A stretch of DNA of 62,911 bases, filler included, from 4 parts of 4 records of this genome joined end to end with filler, not necessarily neighbours in it, one strand, 5' to 3'. Shown: positions 52,734 through 62,338, numbered from the whole stretch's first letter. Notes: generated by a model from the sequence alone, not told the origin. Made by a program: numbers and translations.

Positions 52734-52836
52734 GTGACTTACACCCCTCTTTGATGAAACAGGCCCTGAAGTATTTGATCAACAAAATATTTTGGAGATC
52801 ATGCCAAATGTCCCTCCACAATTCACCTGTATATTG

Positions 52837-53931
52837 CTACGGGTTTCTGTATTTCGCTAGCACGTCGAACGCGTGGGGCATGATACTTTCAGTTTCATAT
52901 TTCTTGGTTCTTTCAGATAAGAGTTTGTAAAGTTCGCGGGCCTCTTTCTCCATGCCTCTTTTTTTCATCTCATCAAAATATAGTTTTTCTCCGGCGGGAA
53001 CACATAATTGTCGCGCCTTTCGGACTTCCTCATCACTCCAGCGAATGAATTGCATATCTGTTTTGGCTAACAACTGGGCACTCGAATCAATTTCCTCATT
53101 GTAATGTTCCGCATAGAATTTCCAGGATTCGTCAGCCATGTCGTCAATCAGCTTCTTAAGGTCGCTTGGAAGAGAATTATAGAATTTCAGGGACATACAA
53201 TTACCAACGGATGGTGAGAACCTCTCACCGGTATCAACACAATATTTTACAATTTCCGGCATCTTGAGGCCATAAAAAGAAGAAAAATAAACACAGGTTG
53301 CGGCGTCGATTAAGCCGCGTTCCAATCCCTCTGGTATATCGCTAAAAGGCATCGCCACAGGTGTTGCTCCCCAGCTTTGAATAATCGCCGCAAACGGGCC
53401 ATAAGCTCTTATTTTCCAGCCGCTCATGTCCTCAACTTTGTAGGCCGGCTTGCGACATGCCAGCGGTGCTCTTTCTGGTACTGCAAGGATCAAAAGCTTC
53501 AATCCGGCTTCTTCTAATTGTTTTCTCAAGGGCTGATATTCCTTACTCATTTCCATTACGGCCCGAGACAAGGCGTCTCCCTTCATAGATAAGAAGGGTA
53601 GGTCGGCTACCCGAAATAGCGGTACCACCCCCGGCTGATACCCAAAACCAACATCGCCTGTCTGGGCAATATTCTTCGCCACATAGGTCGGTATATCCTT
53701 AGCACCGGCCAGTGTTCCGCTATGGAAAAATTTAACCTCTATTTTTCCTTGCGACCGCCTTTCTAATTCTTTATACCACTTGATAACCACCTTGGCAGGG
53801 CCGATAACCGAAGGTCCATAAGAGGCATATTTGATCGTAATCTTTTTTGATTTCCCGGCGCAAGCCATTGAATTAGTAATAATTAGTCCACCTATAATAA
53901 CAATAAAAATAAACAAAAAAGGTTTTTTCAT
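52837..53931 (-). CDS. dctP: TRAP transporter substrate-binding protein
   Basis: Signal peptide, DLPF, GWKIRA and GATPVAMPFSDIPEGLERGLID. Confidence 0.92.
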   Translation of the reverse strand: MKKPFLFIFIVIIGGLIITNSMACAGKSKKITIKYASYGPSVIGPAKVVIKWYKELERRSQGKIEVKFFHSGTLAGAKDIPTYVAKNIAQTGDVGFGYQPGVVPLFRVADLPFLSMKGDALSRAVMEMSKEYQPLRKQLEEAGLKLLILAVPERAPLACRKPAYKVEDMSGWKIRAYGPFAAIIQSWGATPVAMPFSDIPEGLERGLIDAATCVYFSSFYGLKMPEIVKYCVDTGERFSPSVGNCMSLKFYNSLPSDLKKLIDDMADESWKFYAEHYNEEIDSSAQLLAKTDMQFIRWSDEEVRKARQLCVPAGEKLYFDEMKKRGMEKEARELYKLLSERTKKYETESIMPHAFDVLAKYRNP

Positions 53932-54149
53932 GCTGTTAATTTTATCCTCCTTTAGACTTTTTAGTTAATGTTATTCGATAGTCATCCCTTAAACTCACAA
54001 TTAACTTTATAGCTCTAACAAAACATCGAAGTTTAGCTATTGAACAGTATGAAGTCGTTTTAACTAAGAGAGAGCGAAAAAAATTAGTTACTCAGCAACC
54101 TTGAAGTCCAGAAATTCAGTTCAGGTGTCCAAAGAAACCCTATTTTAGT

Positions 54150-54196
54150 TGTATAGCTTACTTATGATTCACCGACAATGACGGAAACCCGTCATT
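54150..54196 (-). promoter_or_regulatory. Operator copy 1 plus promoter of the dctP-lpdA operon
   Basis: AATGACGG-AAAC-CCGTCATT (54177-54196); on the minus strand it runs into TTGTCG-N17-TATACA. Confidence 0.82.
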
Positions 54197-54414
54197 TTTG
54201 CATTGTTATTGGTGATATTTGGAAGTTTAATATTGGTGACGAACCAAATCCTGTTCCCGCTGAAAGAATGAACGATAGGTACCTGATGGATTAACAGCCT
54301 TGGTTGCGAGGCTAAAGATTTAAGTTCGTAACGTTGGGGTATAAGGGTCCGTACACTTTAAAAATATGAAGGCTCTACTTTGTTGTCGACGAAGTAACGA
54401 AGTACTCCTTTTGG

Positions 54415-55167
54415 TTACGTAAGCCTTTCAATGACCTTGGTGCCAATACCTGCCAAAATTCCTCCGTCCACAGGAATTGCGGCGCCTGTGATATAGGCAG
54501 TTTCCGGGGCGGCCAAAAAATGGTAGACGCCGACAATATCTTCTATTTCCCCGATCCTTCCGAGAGGTGCCAGCACTTTCACCATTTCGATTTCCGGGCC
54601 TGGATTTTTTGCGAGCATTTCAGTAAGAATGCTGCCGGGACAGACCGCATTAACCCGGATACCACGGTCTCCTAATTCAATTGCTGCCGTCTTGGTCAGA
54701 CTGATGATGGCAGCCTTGCCGGCTGAATATGGTCCATGGCCCGGTACGCTAATCTGGCCCGCTATAGACGCAGTATTGATGATCGCCCCCCCGTCACGCA
54801 TGTATCGTGGGCCATGTTTGATTCCGTGGTAAACGCCTTTAAAATTGATATCAAGGGTACGATTCAAATCTTCCATCTTTTCATCGACGAGCATCCGACC
54901 GGTGTTCCCCGCACCGGCATTATTGATGATAACATCGATAGGGCCGTATCGGGCATGCACTTCCTCCAGTACCTTTTGAACTTCATTCTCTATGGCCACA
55001 TCAGCTGAAAAGGCCACCGCACCAATTTCCTTGGCAACGGCGGTGCCATCACGGCGTCCGACAATAGACACCTCAGCCCCGGCTGTCACGAAACGCGCCC
55101 CTACCGCCCGGCCGATGCCGGCCGTACCTCCGCAAATTACGGTTTTCATCCCATTGAGAGCAAACAT
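54415..55167 (-). CDS. SDR-family oxidoreductase
   Basis: GGTAGIG, NNAG, YSAGK and IRVNAVCPG. Confidence 0.94.
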   Translation of the reverse strand: MFALNGMKTVICGGTAGIGRAVGARFVTAGAEVSIVGRRDGTAVAKEIGAVAFSADVAIENEVQKVLEEVHARYGPIDVIINNAGAGNTGRMLVDEKMEDLNRTLDINFKGVYHGIKHGPRYMRDGGAIINTASIAGQISVPGHGPYSAGKAAIISLTKTAAIELGDRGIRVNAVCPGSILTEMLAKNPGPEIEMVKVLAPLGRIGEIEDIVGVYHFLAAPETAYITGAAIPVDGGILAGIGTKVIERLT

Positions 55168-55186
55168 GCATCGATCTACTTTTTTT

Positions 55187-55890
55187 CTAAATAGACGCCA
55201 TTACTTCTTGGATACTTTTTTCAAGGACATCAAATATCTCATCCATATCACTTTCGGTAACGATAAGGGGAGGTCCAACAGCGATCCAGTGGGTGCTGGC
55301 CCTGAGTAGAAGTCCGTTTTTGAGACACGCCTTGAATATCTTTTTTCCAATACCAATCTCTTCAGAAAAATGTTCCTTGGTCTTTTTGTCCTGAACGAAT
55401 TCAGCAGCAACCATAAGTCCTTTGCCTCCAGCCCTTTCAAGGTAGTACTTTTGTGACTCTAACATGCTGAATCTATGTGACACATTGATTTACCTGTCAG
55501 CAACGCCGTGCAAATGCCTTGCAGAAAACATCGATAATGCGGTCTCTTCCCTACCCACTAAGGCATTATCGCGGTAGGGATATGACGGTTTTGAAGCGAA
55601 TGAAAAAGGTTAAATTAACATCCCCCGAAAATATGCCAAATAAAACCATCAGTTAGGAAAGGCAAGTACTACCTTGAAAGGGATGGTCCTTTGCCTCTAA
55701 TGTCACCGATTATTCCAAAACGCTCATCCAGCTTCTTGTATTTGTCTTTAACATAATCCTCCATACGCTTTGTATTACCGGGCAAGTCTTGTTCAATAAG
55801 CTCTTTAATAGCAGCAATGCCTGCAGCAGCTGAAAGCCCGTTGTAGGTAAAAGTGTACCCGTCAATAATTGGATTGACTCCCTTTGATTC
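55187..55890 (-). pseudogene. Class III aminotransferase remnant (C-terminal third), interrupted by a MITE
   Basis: Removing 55429-55685 and one TSD copy restores GYTFTYNGLSAAAGIAAIKEL..FGIIGDIRGKG|LMVAAEFVQDK..GPPLIV. The N-terminal part, including the PLP lysine, is missing. Confidence 0.88.
55429..55685. mobile_element. 257-bp MITE (IS4 family, IS231-like ends)
   Basis: 22-bp TIRs CA(G/T)CCCTTTCAAGGTAGTACTT at 55429-55450 and 55664-55685; exact 12-bp TSD GTCCTTTGCCTC at 55417-55428 and 55686-55697; no transposase. Confidence 0.93.
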
Positions 55891-55996
55891 AAGTAAGACT
55901 GCAGCCTTGCGCAGGTGTTACGCCACTCTCATTCCCCTATGCAACAATGGAAAGAGGGGTAAAATGTGGCAAAAACGGTGTCCGGCTTAATGGCCC

Positions 55997-57442
55997 TTAC
56001 TCCTGTGCCTTGGCTTCAGCAAAGGCGGCATAAAAGCTCTCGGTTAACTGTGTGAGTGCTTGGCTGTATGGTAGGTGAAAGCAGTTTGCAAAGACGTTAT
56101 CATCAGCAGATTCCATAACAGTTTTGGTATGAGAAAAGTTGACGAAGCCTTCAAACCCTGAGTGACACCCTATACCGCTATTGCCACAGCCGCCAAACGG
56201 TGCGTTTGCATGAACCGTGTGCATCGCTATGCCATTAACGCAAAAGCCGCCCGAAATTGTCCCTTTGATCACCTTATCAGCCACCGCCTTATCTTTGGTG
56301 TAGACATGGGCCGCTAGTGGGCGTTCGTGGGTGTTGATATAGTTCATGGCCTCGTCTAAGGTTTTATACGTCTTGATCGGTAAAATGGGCCCGAAAGTTT
56401 CTTCCTGCATCACAAGCATATTTTCATCCGGGTTCACAATCAGCGTCATTGGAAACTGGCGCAGCTCCGGGTTCGGCGCTTCATCATGGGTGAAGATAAC
56501 GTCTGCGCCACCGGTCCGAGCGTCTTCAATGTACGATAATAACCGATCATAGTGCCGCGCATTGATAATGCCGGTCACTTCCGGATTACCGACAAATTGG
56601 GGATACGCATTTTTAAGAATTTTTGTGGCTATTGTTACAAACTGGTCAACTTTATTCTCAGGCAGCAGAACATAATCCGGACTGGTACACACCTGACCAC
56701 TTTTAACCATTTTAATAGCCAGGATGTCCCCGATCGCTTTCTCATCAATGCTGTCTTCGGTAAAAATTGTGGGGTTTTTTCCTCCCAATTCAAGCGTTAC
56801 CGGGGTCAGATTTTCACTGGCTGCCCTCATAACATGCCGAGCCACTGCAGAGTTGCCGGTATACATCAAATGGTTCCATGGCATAGCCGCAAAAGCCTTT
56901 GCCAGTTCAACATCTCCGGTAACCACAGCCAAAACCTCCGGTGAAAAGTACTCGGCCACCGCTTCCCGCATGAGGTTGGACGTGGCCGGGGAACTTTCTG
57001 ACGCTTTGGCAATAACCCGATTTCCGGCGGCCAGCATATCAACTACCGGTACTAACAGGCATTCCACGGGGAAATTCCAGGGGGCCAGGTTCCCGATAAC
57101 GCCGACCGGCTGATGCATCACGTACAACTCGGACGAGCCATGAACCGCCGGGTCAACCTCTCTCACCTGTGGCGCCATCCATTGCGGCAGCTGCGATCGA
57201 TAATACATTGATCTGGCAATAACAGCCCCGGGCTCAAGCAAATCCGAAACGACCTTGAGGTGATTACCAAAATCGTCATTGATGGCCTCCGCTATTCTAG
57301 CGCGGTAGGCAAGCAACATATTTTCCAGCGTGATCAGTCTTTCGGCCCGTTCTTCATAAGACGGATAAATGTTTTTAAAAAAAGCCTCTACCTGTTGATC
57401 AAAAAGTCTTTTTAACTCTTCTACGCTTGTGTACTCAGACAT
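55997..57442 (-). CDS. Aldehyde dehydrogenase (class 3 / coniferyl aldehyde dehydrogenase-like)
   Basis: PWNFP, YTGN, LELGGKNP, SGQVCTSPDY, EETFGP and PFGG.G.SG.G. Confidence 0.93.
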   Translation of the reverse strand: MSEYTSVEELKRLFDQQVEAFFKNIYPSYEERAERLITLENMLLAYRARIAEAINDDFGNHLKVVSDLLEPGAVIARSMYYRSQLPQWMAPQVREVDPAVHGSSELYVMHQPVGVIGNLAPWNFPVECLLVPVVDMLAAGNRVIAKASESSPATSNLMREAVAEYFSPEVLAVVTGDVELAKAFAAMPWNHLMYTGNSAVARHVMRAASENLTPVTLELGGKNPTIFTEDSIDEKAIGDILAIKMVKSGQVCTSPDYVLLPENKVDQFVTIATKILKNAYPQFVGNPEVTGIINARHYDRLLSYIEDARTGGADVIFTHDEAPNPELRQFPMTLIVNPDENMLVMQEETFGPILPIKTYKTLDEAMNYINTHERPLAAHVYTKDKAVADKVIKGTISGGFCVNGIAMHTVHANAPFGGCGNSGIGCHSGFEGFVNFSHTKTVMESADDNVFANCFHLPYSQALTQLTESFYAAFAEAKAQE

Positions 57443-57489
57443 AATGATATCTCCTTGTCAAATTATACAATGTATGCGTATAGATCCAT

Positions 57490-57733
57490 CGCCTGTTTCT
57501 CCTAATCCCAACTTCGGCAGTTGTAAGCAATTTTAAAGGGCTTTTTAAACCACTTGATATTATACATAGCGGCCCGGCCGGAAGATCACAGGGCATCTTG
57601 AAGGTCGATTTAGCCGCTTCATTTTCCACGCCTTAGACGATTTTGGCACAATCCCTTTTGGCGTTGTTTTTGCCCTGAATAACCCTTATTGTTTACTCAC
57701 CACTGTCGAACGCAAGCGGAGACTGGCATCATC
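57490..57733 (-). pseudogene. Possible degraded TctC/Bug substrate-binding protein remnant
   Basis: RBS GGAGGT-ATG near 57730, then broken frames reading VVSKQ*GLFRAKTTPKGIVPKSSKA/VENEAAKSTFK, resembling the Bug C-terminal GLFAPKGTP..IV..L..A motif. Confidence 0.35.
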
Positions 57734-57785
57734 ACCTCCCTTCTTTGGCATAGCTTGTTAAAAAGCTGCTACACCTGCGTGACAT

Positions 57786-57809
57786 TGTCAATGACGGAAA
57801 TCCGTCATT
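57786..57809 (-). promoter_or_regulatory. Operator copy 2 plus -35 of the ALDH-SDR unit
   Basis: AATGACGG-AAAT-CCGTCATT (57790-57809), overlapping minus-strand TTGACA (57791-57786). Confidence 0.82.
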
Positions 57810-57892
57810 TTCAGTCAAGTACAGTAGAGGATTATTAAAATTTCTAGAAAGGGAGGTAGCATGGAAAGGAAACCTTAATAGTGTATTTTTGA

Positions 57893-59029
57893 CTATCTAT
57901 TAGGCCAGTACAGCGGAGAAATCAGATTTAAAACCCGATGCAGCACGCTGGTGCGGTTTCTAACTTGTAGTTTGGTATAAATAGTCCGGAGATGGTTTTC
58001 CACCGTAAGTACGCTAATGAAAAGACGAGCTCCTATCTCGGTGTTTTTCAACCCCAGAAAAAGCAAGCTAATTACCTCAAGCTCGCGCTTGCTCAATCCC
58101 ATTCGCTGCAACGGTTCGGAATGCGATAAAAATGACTCATGGGGTAAAAAGCTGATCAAAAACATGGGCGGATCATCCTTCTGATTCAAGGTCAAGAGAT
58201 TTATGGATAATCGATTCCGTCCTTTGTCCTGAGAAATTTCGATCGTTTGAAAGTCCTCATCAAAAATCCTTTCATTTGTATCCATCAACTGGCGGCAACG
58301 CTCGGTGAGGCCGGAAGGTAACTGAAAATCCCCAGGAGGTTCGCTGGAGCCTCTCCCCTGCCATCCGGAGAACACCTTGAAAAAACCATCGGAAACATAA
58401 ACAGGCTCCAAGTCTTGGTCCAATATGAGCAACGCTTGGCATGGCATTTGTGTCATTAAGATATCTTTTAGTTTATCTTGGATTTTTAGGTGCTTAGTAA
58501 TAATAACGTTCTGAACGGCTTGGGTAAGATGGGGAGCGATTAATTCCGCCTGGATTCGGTCCTTCAGCGAAAATGGCTTTTGTTTTGGTGATCGATGTAT
58601 AAAAACGATACCCAAAAATTGTGATCCCAACTTCAAGCGGATCTGCATTTCGTAATGAATGAAAAGCTGTTGCATGTAATCCTTATAATATTCGGTAGAT
58701 ACCAAATCATCTAAAGAAATAAAATCGGTGGTCGTTGCCACTGTGGGCTCAGGTTTCAGACCTGACCTGATTGGATCCATAGGATGAAAGTAATCGGCAT
58801 ATCGACATATTTCTTCATTGCTTATTCCATGGTAGATACCTCCATGCATGTCCGCGAGTTTCCCTTCTTTAATCAGACAAAATCCTCCTGAAATGCATTC
58901 GAAATATTGTATTAACCATTGAAGCACTTCTTTCCCTAATTCATAAAAATCGCTGAATCGTAAAACCCTCTGAGACAAAGAAAGGATGTCCTTTAACTCT
59001 TTTTTACTGAGATTTATTGGATCGTCCAT
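57893..59029 (-). CDS. LuxR-type HTH regulator with N-terminal GAF/PAS-like sensor
   Basis: LSKRELEVISLLFLGLKNTEIGARLFISVLTVENHLRTIYTKLQVRNR; N-terminal Y.DYFHPMDP..TEYYKDYM sensor region; no receiver domain. Confidence 0.92.
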   Translation of the reverse strand: MDDPINLSKKELKDILSLSQRVLRFSDFYELGKEVLQWLIQYFECISGGFCLIKEGKLADMHGGIYHGISNEEICRYADYFHPMDPIRSGLKPEPTVATTTDFISLDDLVSTEYYKDYMQQLFIHYEMQIRLKLGSQFLGIVFIHRSPKQKPFSLKDRIQAELIAPHLTQAVQNVIITKHLKIQDKLKDILMTQMPCQALLILDQDLEPVYVSDGFFKVFSGWQGRGSSEPPGDFQLPSGLTERCRQLMDTNERIFDEDFQTIEISQDKGRNRLSINLLTLNQKDDPPMFLISFLPHESFLSHSEPLQRMGLSKRELEVISLLFLGLKNTEIGARLFISVLTVENHLRTIYTKLQVRNRTSVLHRVLNLISPLYWPNR

Positions 59030-59171
59030 TTCACGCCCTCCTTTGCCTGAAAGCTTAAGGAATTACCTATCTCGCCGTCAATAGTAAAATCGAAAGTTTA
59101 TCGCATTTTGTTCAATTTAAGCTTTTTTAAACAGCATATTTTAAACTATACAAATGTTTGGATGAACACGA

Positions 59172-59217
59172 AATGACGGGTTCCCGTCATTGACATTGAT
59201 AACCAGCCCATTATAAT
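59172..59217 (+). promoter_or_regulatory. Operator copy 3 plus sigma70 promoter of the aminotransferase pair
   Basis: AATGACGG-GTTC-CCGTCATT (59172-59191), overlapping TTGACA (59190-59195)-N16-TATAAT (59212-59217). Confidence 0.88.
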
Positions 59218-59298
59218 CTTTTGGACGACAATAGGTGCATTAAAACACTTTCAATTTTATTTTATTTAACCTGTTTAAGCTCTACTGAAAGGGAAACC

Positions 59299-60618
59299 AT
59301 GTTTGACCACTCTAAGTCAATTATACACTATCGAGATGCCCGCCAATATCTTGCCGGAGGCGTAGGCAGTGATGTGCGGTTACTCCCGGGGATGGAGCCT
59401 ATCTGCTTTGAGAGAGGATCCGGATCACGTATGTATGATGTCGATGGCAATGAATACATTGACTACATTTTGGCTTTAGGCCCTTTGATACTAGGGCACT
59501 GCCCTTCACAGATCGTGGCAGCAGTCAAAAAACAGGTTGAATTGGGGTCCATTTTCGGGGCCGCCGCCAGCGGCGAAGAACATCTGGCAAAGATGGTATG
59601 TGGATGTCTACCATCCGTTGACTTGGTTAGTTTTACAAACAGCGCTTCCGAGGCCGTTCACATGGCACTTCGACTTGCGCGCGCCTTTAACGGCAAGACC
59701 AAGGTGCTGAAATTCGAGGGCTGCTATCATGGGTGGATTGAAGATGTAATGTACAGCATTCACCCCGAGTCGCTCAATGTGATGGGCACGGAAAACAATC
59801 CACAGCCTGTTCCGGAAAGCATAGGGCTGTCAAGGAACACGCATTCAAATGTACTCATTGCCCCCTGGAACCAGCCGGATGTGTTGAAAAAGATTTTTCG
59901 CCGTCATGGGCACGAAATTGCAGCCTTAATCCTAGAGCCGATTCCGGCCAATAACGGCGTCATGCCGCCCCATGCCGGGTTTTTGGAATTTTTGCGCGAG
60001 CTGACATCATTACATGAAAGCCTTCTCGTCTTTGATGAGACCATCACCGGCTTCAGGGTTGATCTGGGGGGCGCCCAAGCCTATTACGACGTTCATCCCG
60101 ATCTTACCGTCTTTGGTAAAGCCGTCGGAGGGGGATATCCCATCGCCGGATTTGGCGGACGCAAAGAAGTGATGGACTTAATCACCAAGAGAGAGGTCAA
60201 TCGCATGGGAACATACAACTCCAATTCTTTGTGTGTTGCTGCCACAATAGCCGTTCTGGAGGAGCTCTACCGTGAAAATGGCGCGGCCATCAAACACATG
60301 ATCGCCATGGGTGAGAGGCTAATTGAAGGAATGAAGAGATTGTTTGCAGATCACGGTATTCCCTTAACCATTCAAGGCATGGGATCACTGTTCAGCACGT
60401 TTTTCACGCAAGAGCCCATCGATACCTATCGTGACACGTTTAAAATTAATACAGAGCTCTATCAACGATTCTGGACCACACTCCTGGGAAAGGGGGTGCG
60501 TATCATTTACTCAGCCCGGGCTACATGGTTGCTTTCAACGGCACATACAAAAGCAGACATAGACGAGACGCTTCAAAAAGTGTCCGATACCCTTAAGGAA
60601 CTCAAAAAAAATAAATAA
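59299..60618 (+). CDS. Class III PLP enzyme, glutamate-1-semialdehyde aminomutase-like
   Basis: YDVDGNEYIDY..GPLILGH, KFEGCYHG, FDETITGFR and FGKAVGGGYP. Confidence 0.92.
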   Translation: MFDHSKSIIHYRDARQYLAGGVGSDVRLLPGMEPICFERGSGSRMYDVDGNEYIDYILALGPLILGHCPSQIVAAVKKQVELGSIFGAAASGEEHLAKMVCGCLPSVDLVSFTNSASEAVHMALRLARAFNGKTKVLKFEGCYHGWIEDVMYSIHPESLNVMGTENNPQPVPESIGLSRNTHSNVLIAPWNQPDVLKKIFRRHGHEIAALILEPIPANNGVMPPHAGFLEFLRELTSLHESLLVFDETITGFRVDLGGAQAYYDVHPDLTVFGKAVGGGYPIAGFGGRKEVMDLITKREVNRMGTYNSNSLCVAATIAVLEELYRENGAAIKHMIAMGERLIEGMKRLFADHGIPLTIQGMGSLFSTFFTQEPIDTYRDTFKINTELYQRFWTTLLGKGVRIIYSARATWLLSTAHTKADIDETLQKVSDTLKELKKNK

Positions 60619-60966
60619 AAAAATCGACTATTTGCCAGGACATAAAAAGGGAAGCCATATGAAGAAATTCAGAGATGGATAACGTTTTGATCCGGTGTTG
60701 CTTAGAGGAGATTAGCCCGCTTCTGGAAATTGAGCTTTTTACTGTGTATTGTCTGAAAATCGATTTGAAAAAAATAACGATTTCCCGTTATTGACACCCA
60801 ATGAACAGGCCAGTCTCCATGCATATTTGGACAGCTTACAAAGATGCTCCGGACTTCGGCGGATTGATGTGCCCCGAAGTCAGGGCTTTGCTAAAGGGCA
60901 TCGCCGGGTTAGGCGAAATTATCGGGTGCGATATAACGGCCTGATGCTGAAAGGAGTACTAAAATA

Positions 60967-62325
60967 ATGGAAGCTGACAAATTGAATGAATTGAGGGACA
61001 AGGTTTATAAGGCCTATGCAGACAAGACACCAAACACTATGCGATTATTCGAAAGAGCGAAGAGTAGCATGGTAGGCGGGATTACCTCAAGTAAGAGGTA
61101 CTTCCCTCCCTATCCACTCTTTATGGTCCGCGGTCAGGGCGACAGGATTTATGATGTCGACGGCAATGAATACATCGACTGCTTCCTCAATGCAGGGCCG
61201 CTCCTTCTAGGACACAACCACCCCGAAGTTATGGATGTGGTCAGGTCCGAACTCGACCGAGGGCTGTTGATTCTGCATCTGGATATTACCGTCGAATTTA
61301 CGGAATTATTGAAAGAACTCTACCCTTGCGCCGAGAGAGTACGGCTGGCCAACACCGGTACAGAGGCCTGTCTTTTCGCGGCGAGGATAGCCCGCTCATA
61401 CACGGGGAAAAAAAAACTGATCAAGTTCCACGGCCATTTCCATGGCCTGGCTGACCAATTCTGCGTAGGTGGATACGGCACAAACGGTGGGATTGATTCG
61501 AACGGCGTTACCGCAGCTATGATCGAGGATATGGTAATGCTTTCCTACGGCGACATCGAAGCAGCCAAAAAGAAGCTGGATGAGAATGATGACATCGCTG
61601 GTGTGATCCTAGACCCCCAAATGCACGCGGGAGGTATCTGGCCGGCTTCGGTGGAATACCTAAAAGAACTCCGTATGTTGACCGAGGAAAAGGGTGTGGT
61701 TCTCATATTTGATGAGGTCATCACAGGTTTCCGCCTAGCACCTGGTGGCGCCCAGGAGTATTTTGGGGTATCTCCCGATCTAATCATCCTATCGAAGGCC
61801 ATCGCAGCCGGCGGCAAACTGGCCGTGGTTGCCGGCAAAGAGGAAGTCATGTCCGTCTTGACGCCCCAGGGAATGGAAAATGCACCCCGGAAAGCGGTTC
61901 TACAGGGTGGTACATTTATTGACGGCACAATTGGAGTCGCTGCTGGTATAGCCGCCCTCAAGGTGTACAAACGACTCGGCAAACAGGGAGCGTATGGGAA
62001 GTTGTTCGCCCGAGCCCAGAAACTGAGAAAAGGACTTGAAGAGGCTTTTGCTTACCGGAACATTCCATTCAAGATGAATCATCTTGGCCCGTCCCTTAAA
62101 ATGTTTTTTACCGAAAAACAGATTAGCTATGAATCCATGTGCAATCTGGACTACACTCTCCACGATCTCTTTTGTCTGAGCATGATTTCCGAAGGTATTT
62201 TCCTAACCCTACCGACTTTGCGATCCATCTACCTTTCGTTCATGCACACCGACGAAGATATAGACAAAATTATCGAAGTGGCTAACAAGTGTTTGGACAA
62301 ATACTGCTTCGCAGAATATGTCTGA
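60967..62325 (+). CDS. Second class III PLP enzyme, GSA aminomutase-like
   Basis: YDVDGNEYID..GPLLLGH, NTGTEA, KFHGHFHG, FDEVITGFR and LSKAIAAG. Confidence 0.92.
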   Translation: MEADKLNELRDKVYKAYADKTPNTMRLFERAKSSMVGGITSSKRYFPPYPLFMVRGQGDRIYDVDGNEYIDCFLNAGPLLLGHNHPEVMDVVRSELDRGLLILHLDITVEFTELLKELYPCAERVRLANTGTEACLFAARIARSYTGKKKLIKFHGHFHGLADQFCVGGYGTNGGIDSNGVTAAMIEDMVMLSYGDIEAAKKKLDENDDIAGVILDPQMHAGGIWPASVEYLKELRMLTEEKGVVLIFDEVITGFRLAPGGAQEYFGVSPDLIILSKAIAAGGKLAVVAGKEEVMSVLTPQGMENAPRKAVLQGGTFIDGTIGVAAGIAALKVYKRLGKQGAYGKLFARAQKLRKGLEEAFAYRNIPFKMNHLGPSLKMFFTEKQISYESMCNLDYTLHDLFCLSMISEGIFLTLPTLRSIYLSFMHTDEDIDKIIEVANKCLDKYCFAEYV

Positions 62326-62338
62326 GCGTACAGAAGAA

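Noticed and set aside
55525-55590. HDV-like ribozyme call for the MITE pseudoknot
   Set aside because: No P3/L3 or P4 elements could be fitted; reported only as a generic pseudoknot.
55581-55600. ATGACGG half-site as a fourth operator
   Set aside because: No matching right arm, and it lies within the MITE.
55710-55892. 60-aa track ORF, and 55187-55483 as an intact gene
   Set aside because: The first is the wrong frame; the second starts inside the MITE. Both overlie the aminotransferase pseudogene.
59299-60618. Naming as hemL
   Set aside because: Divergent motifs, a tandem paralog and catabolic context; no heme genes nearby.
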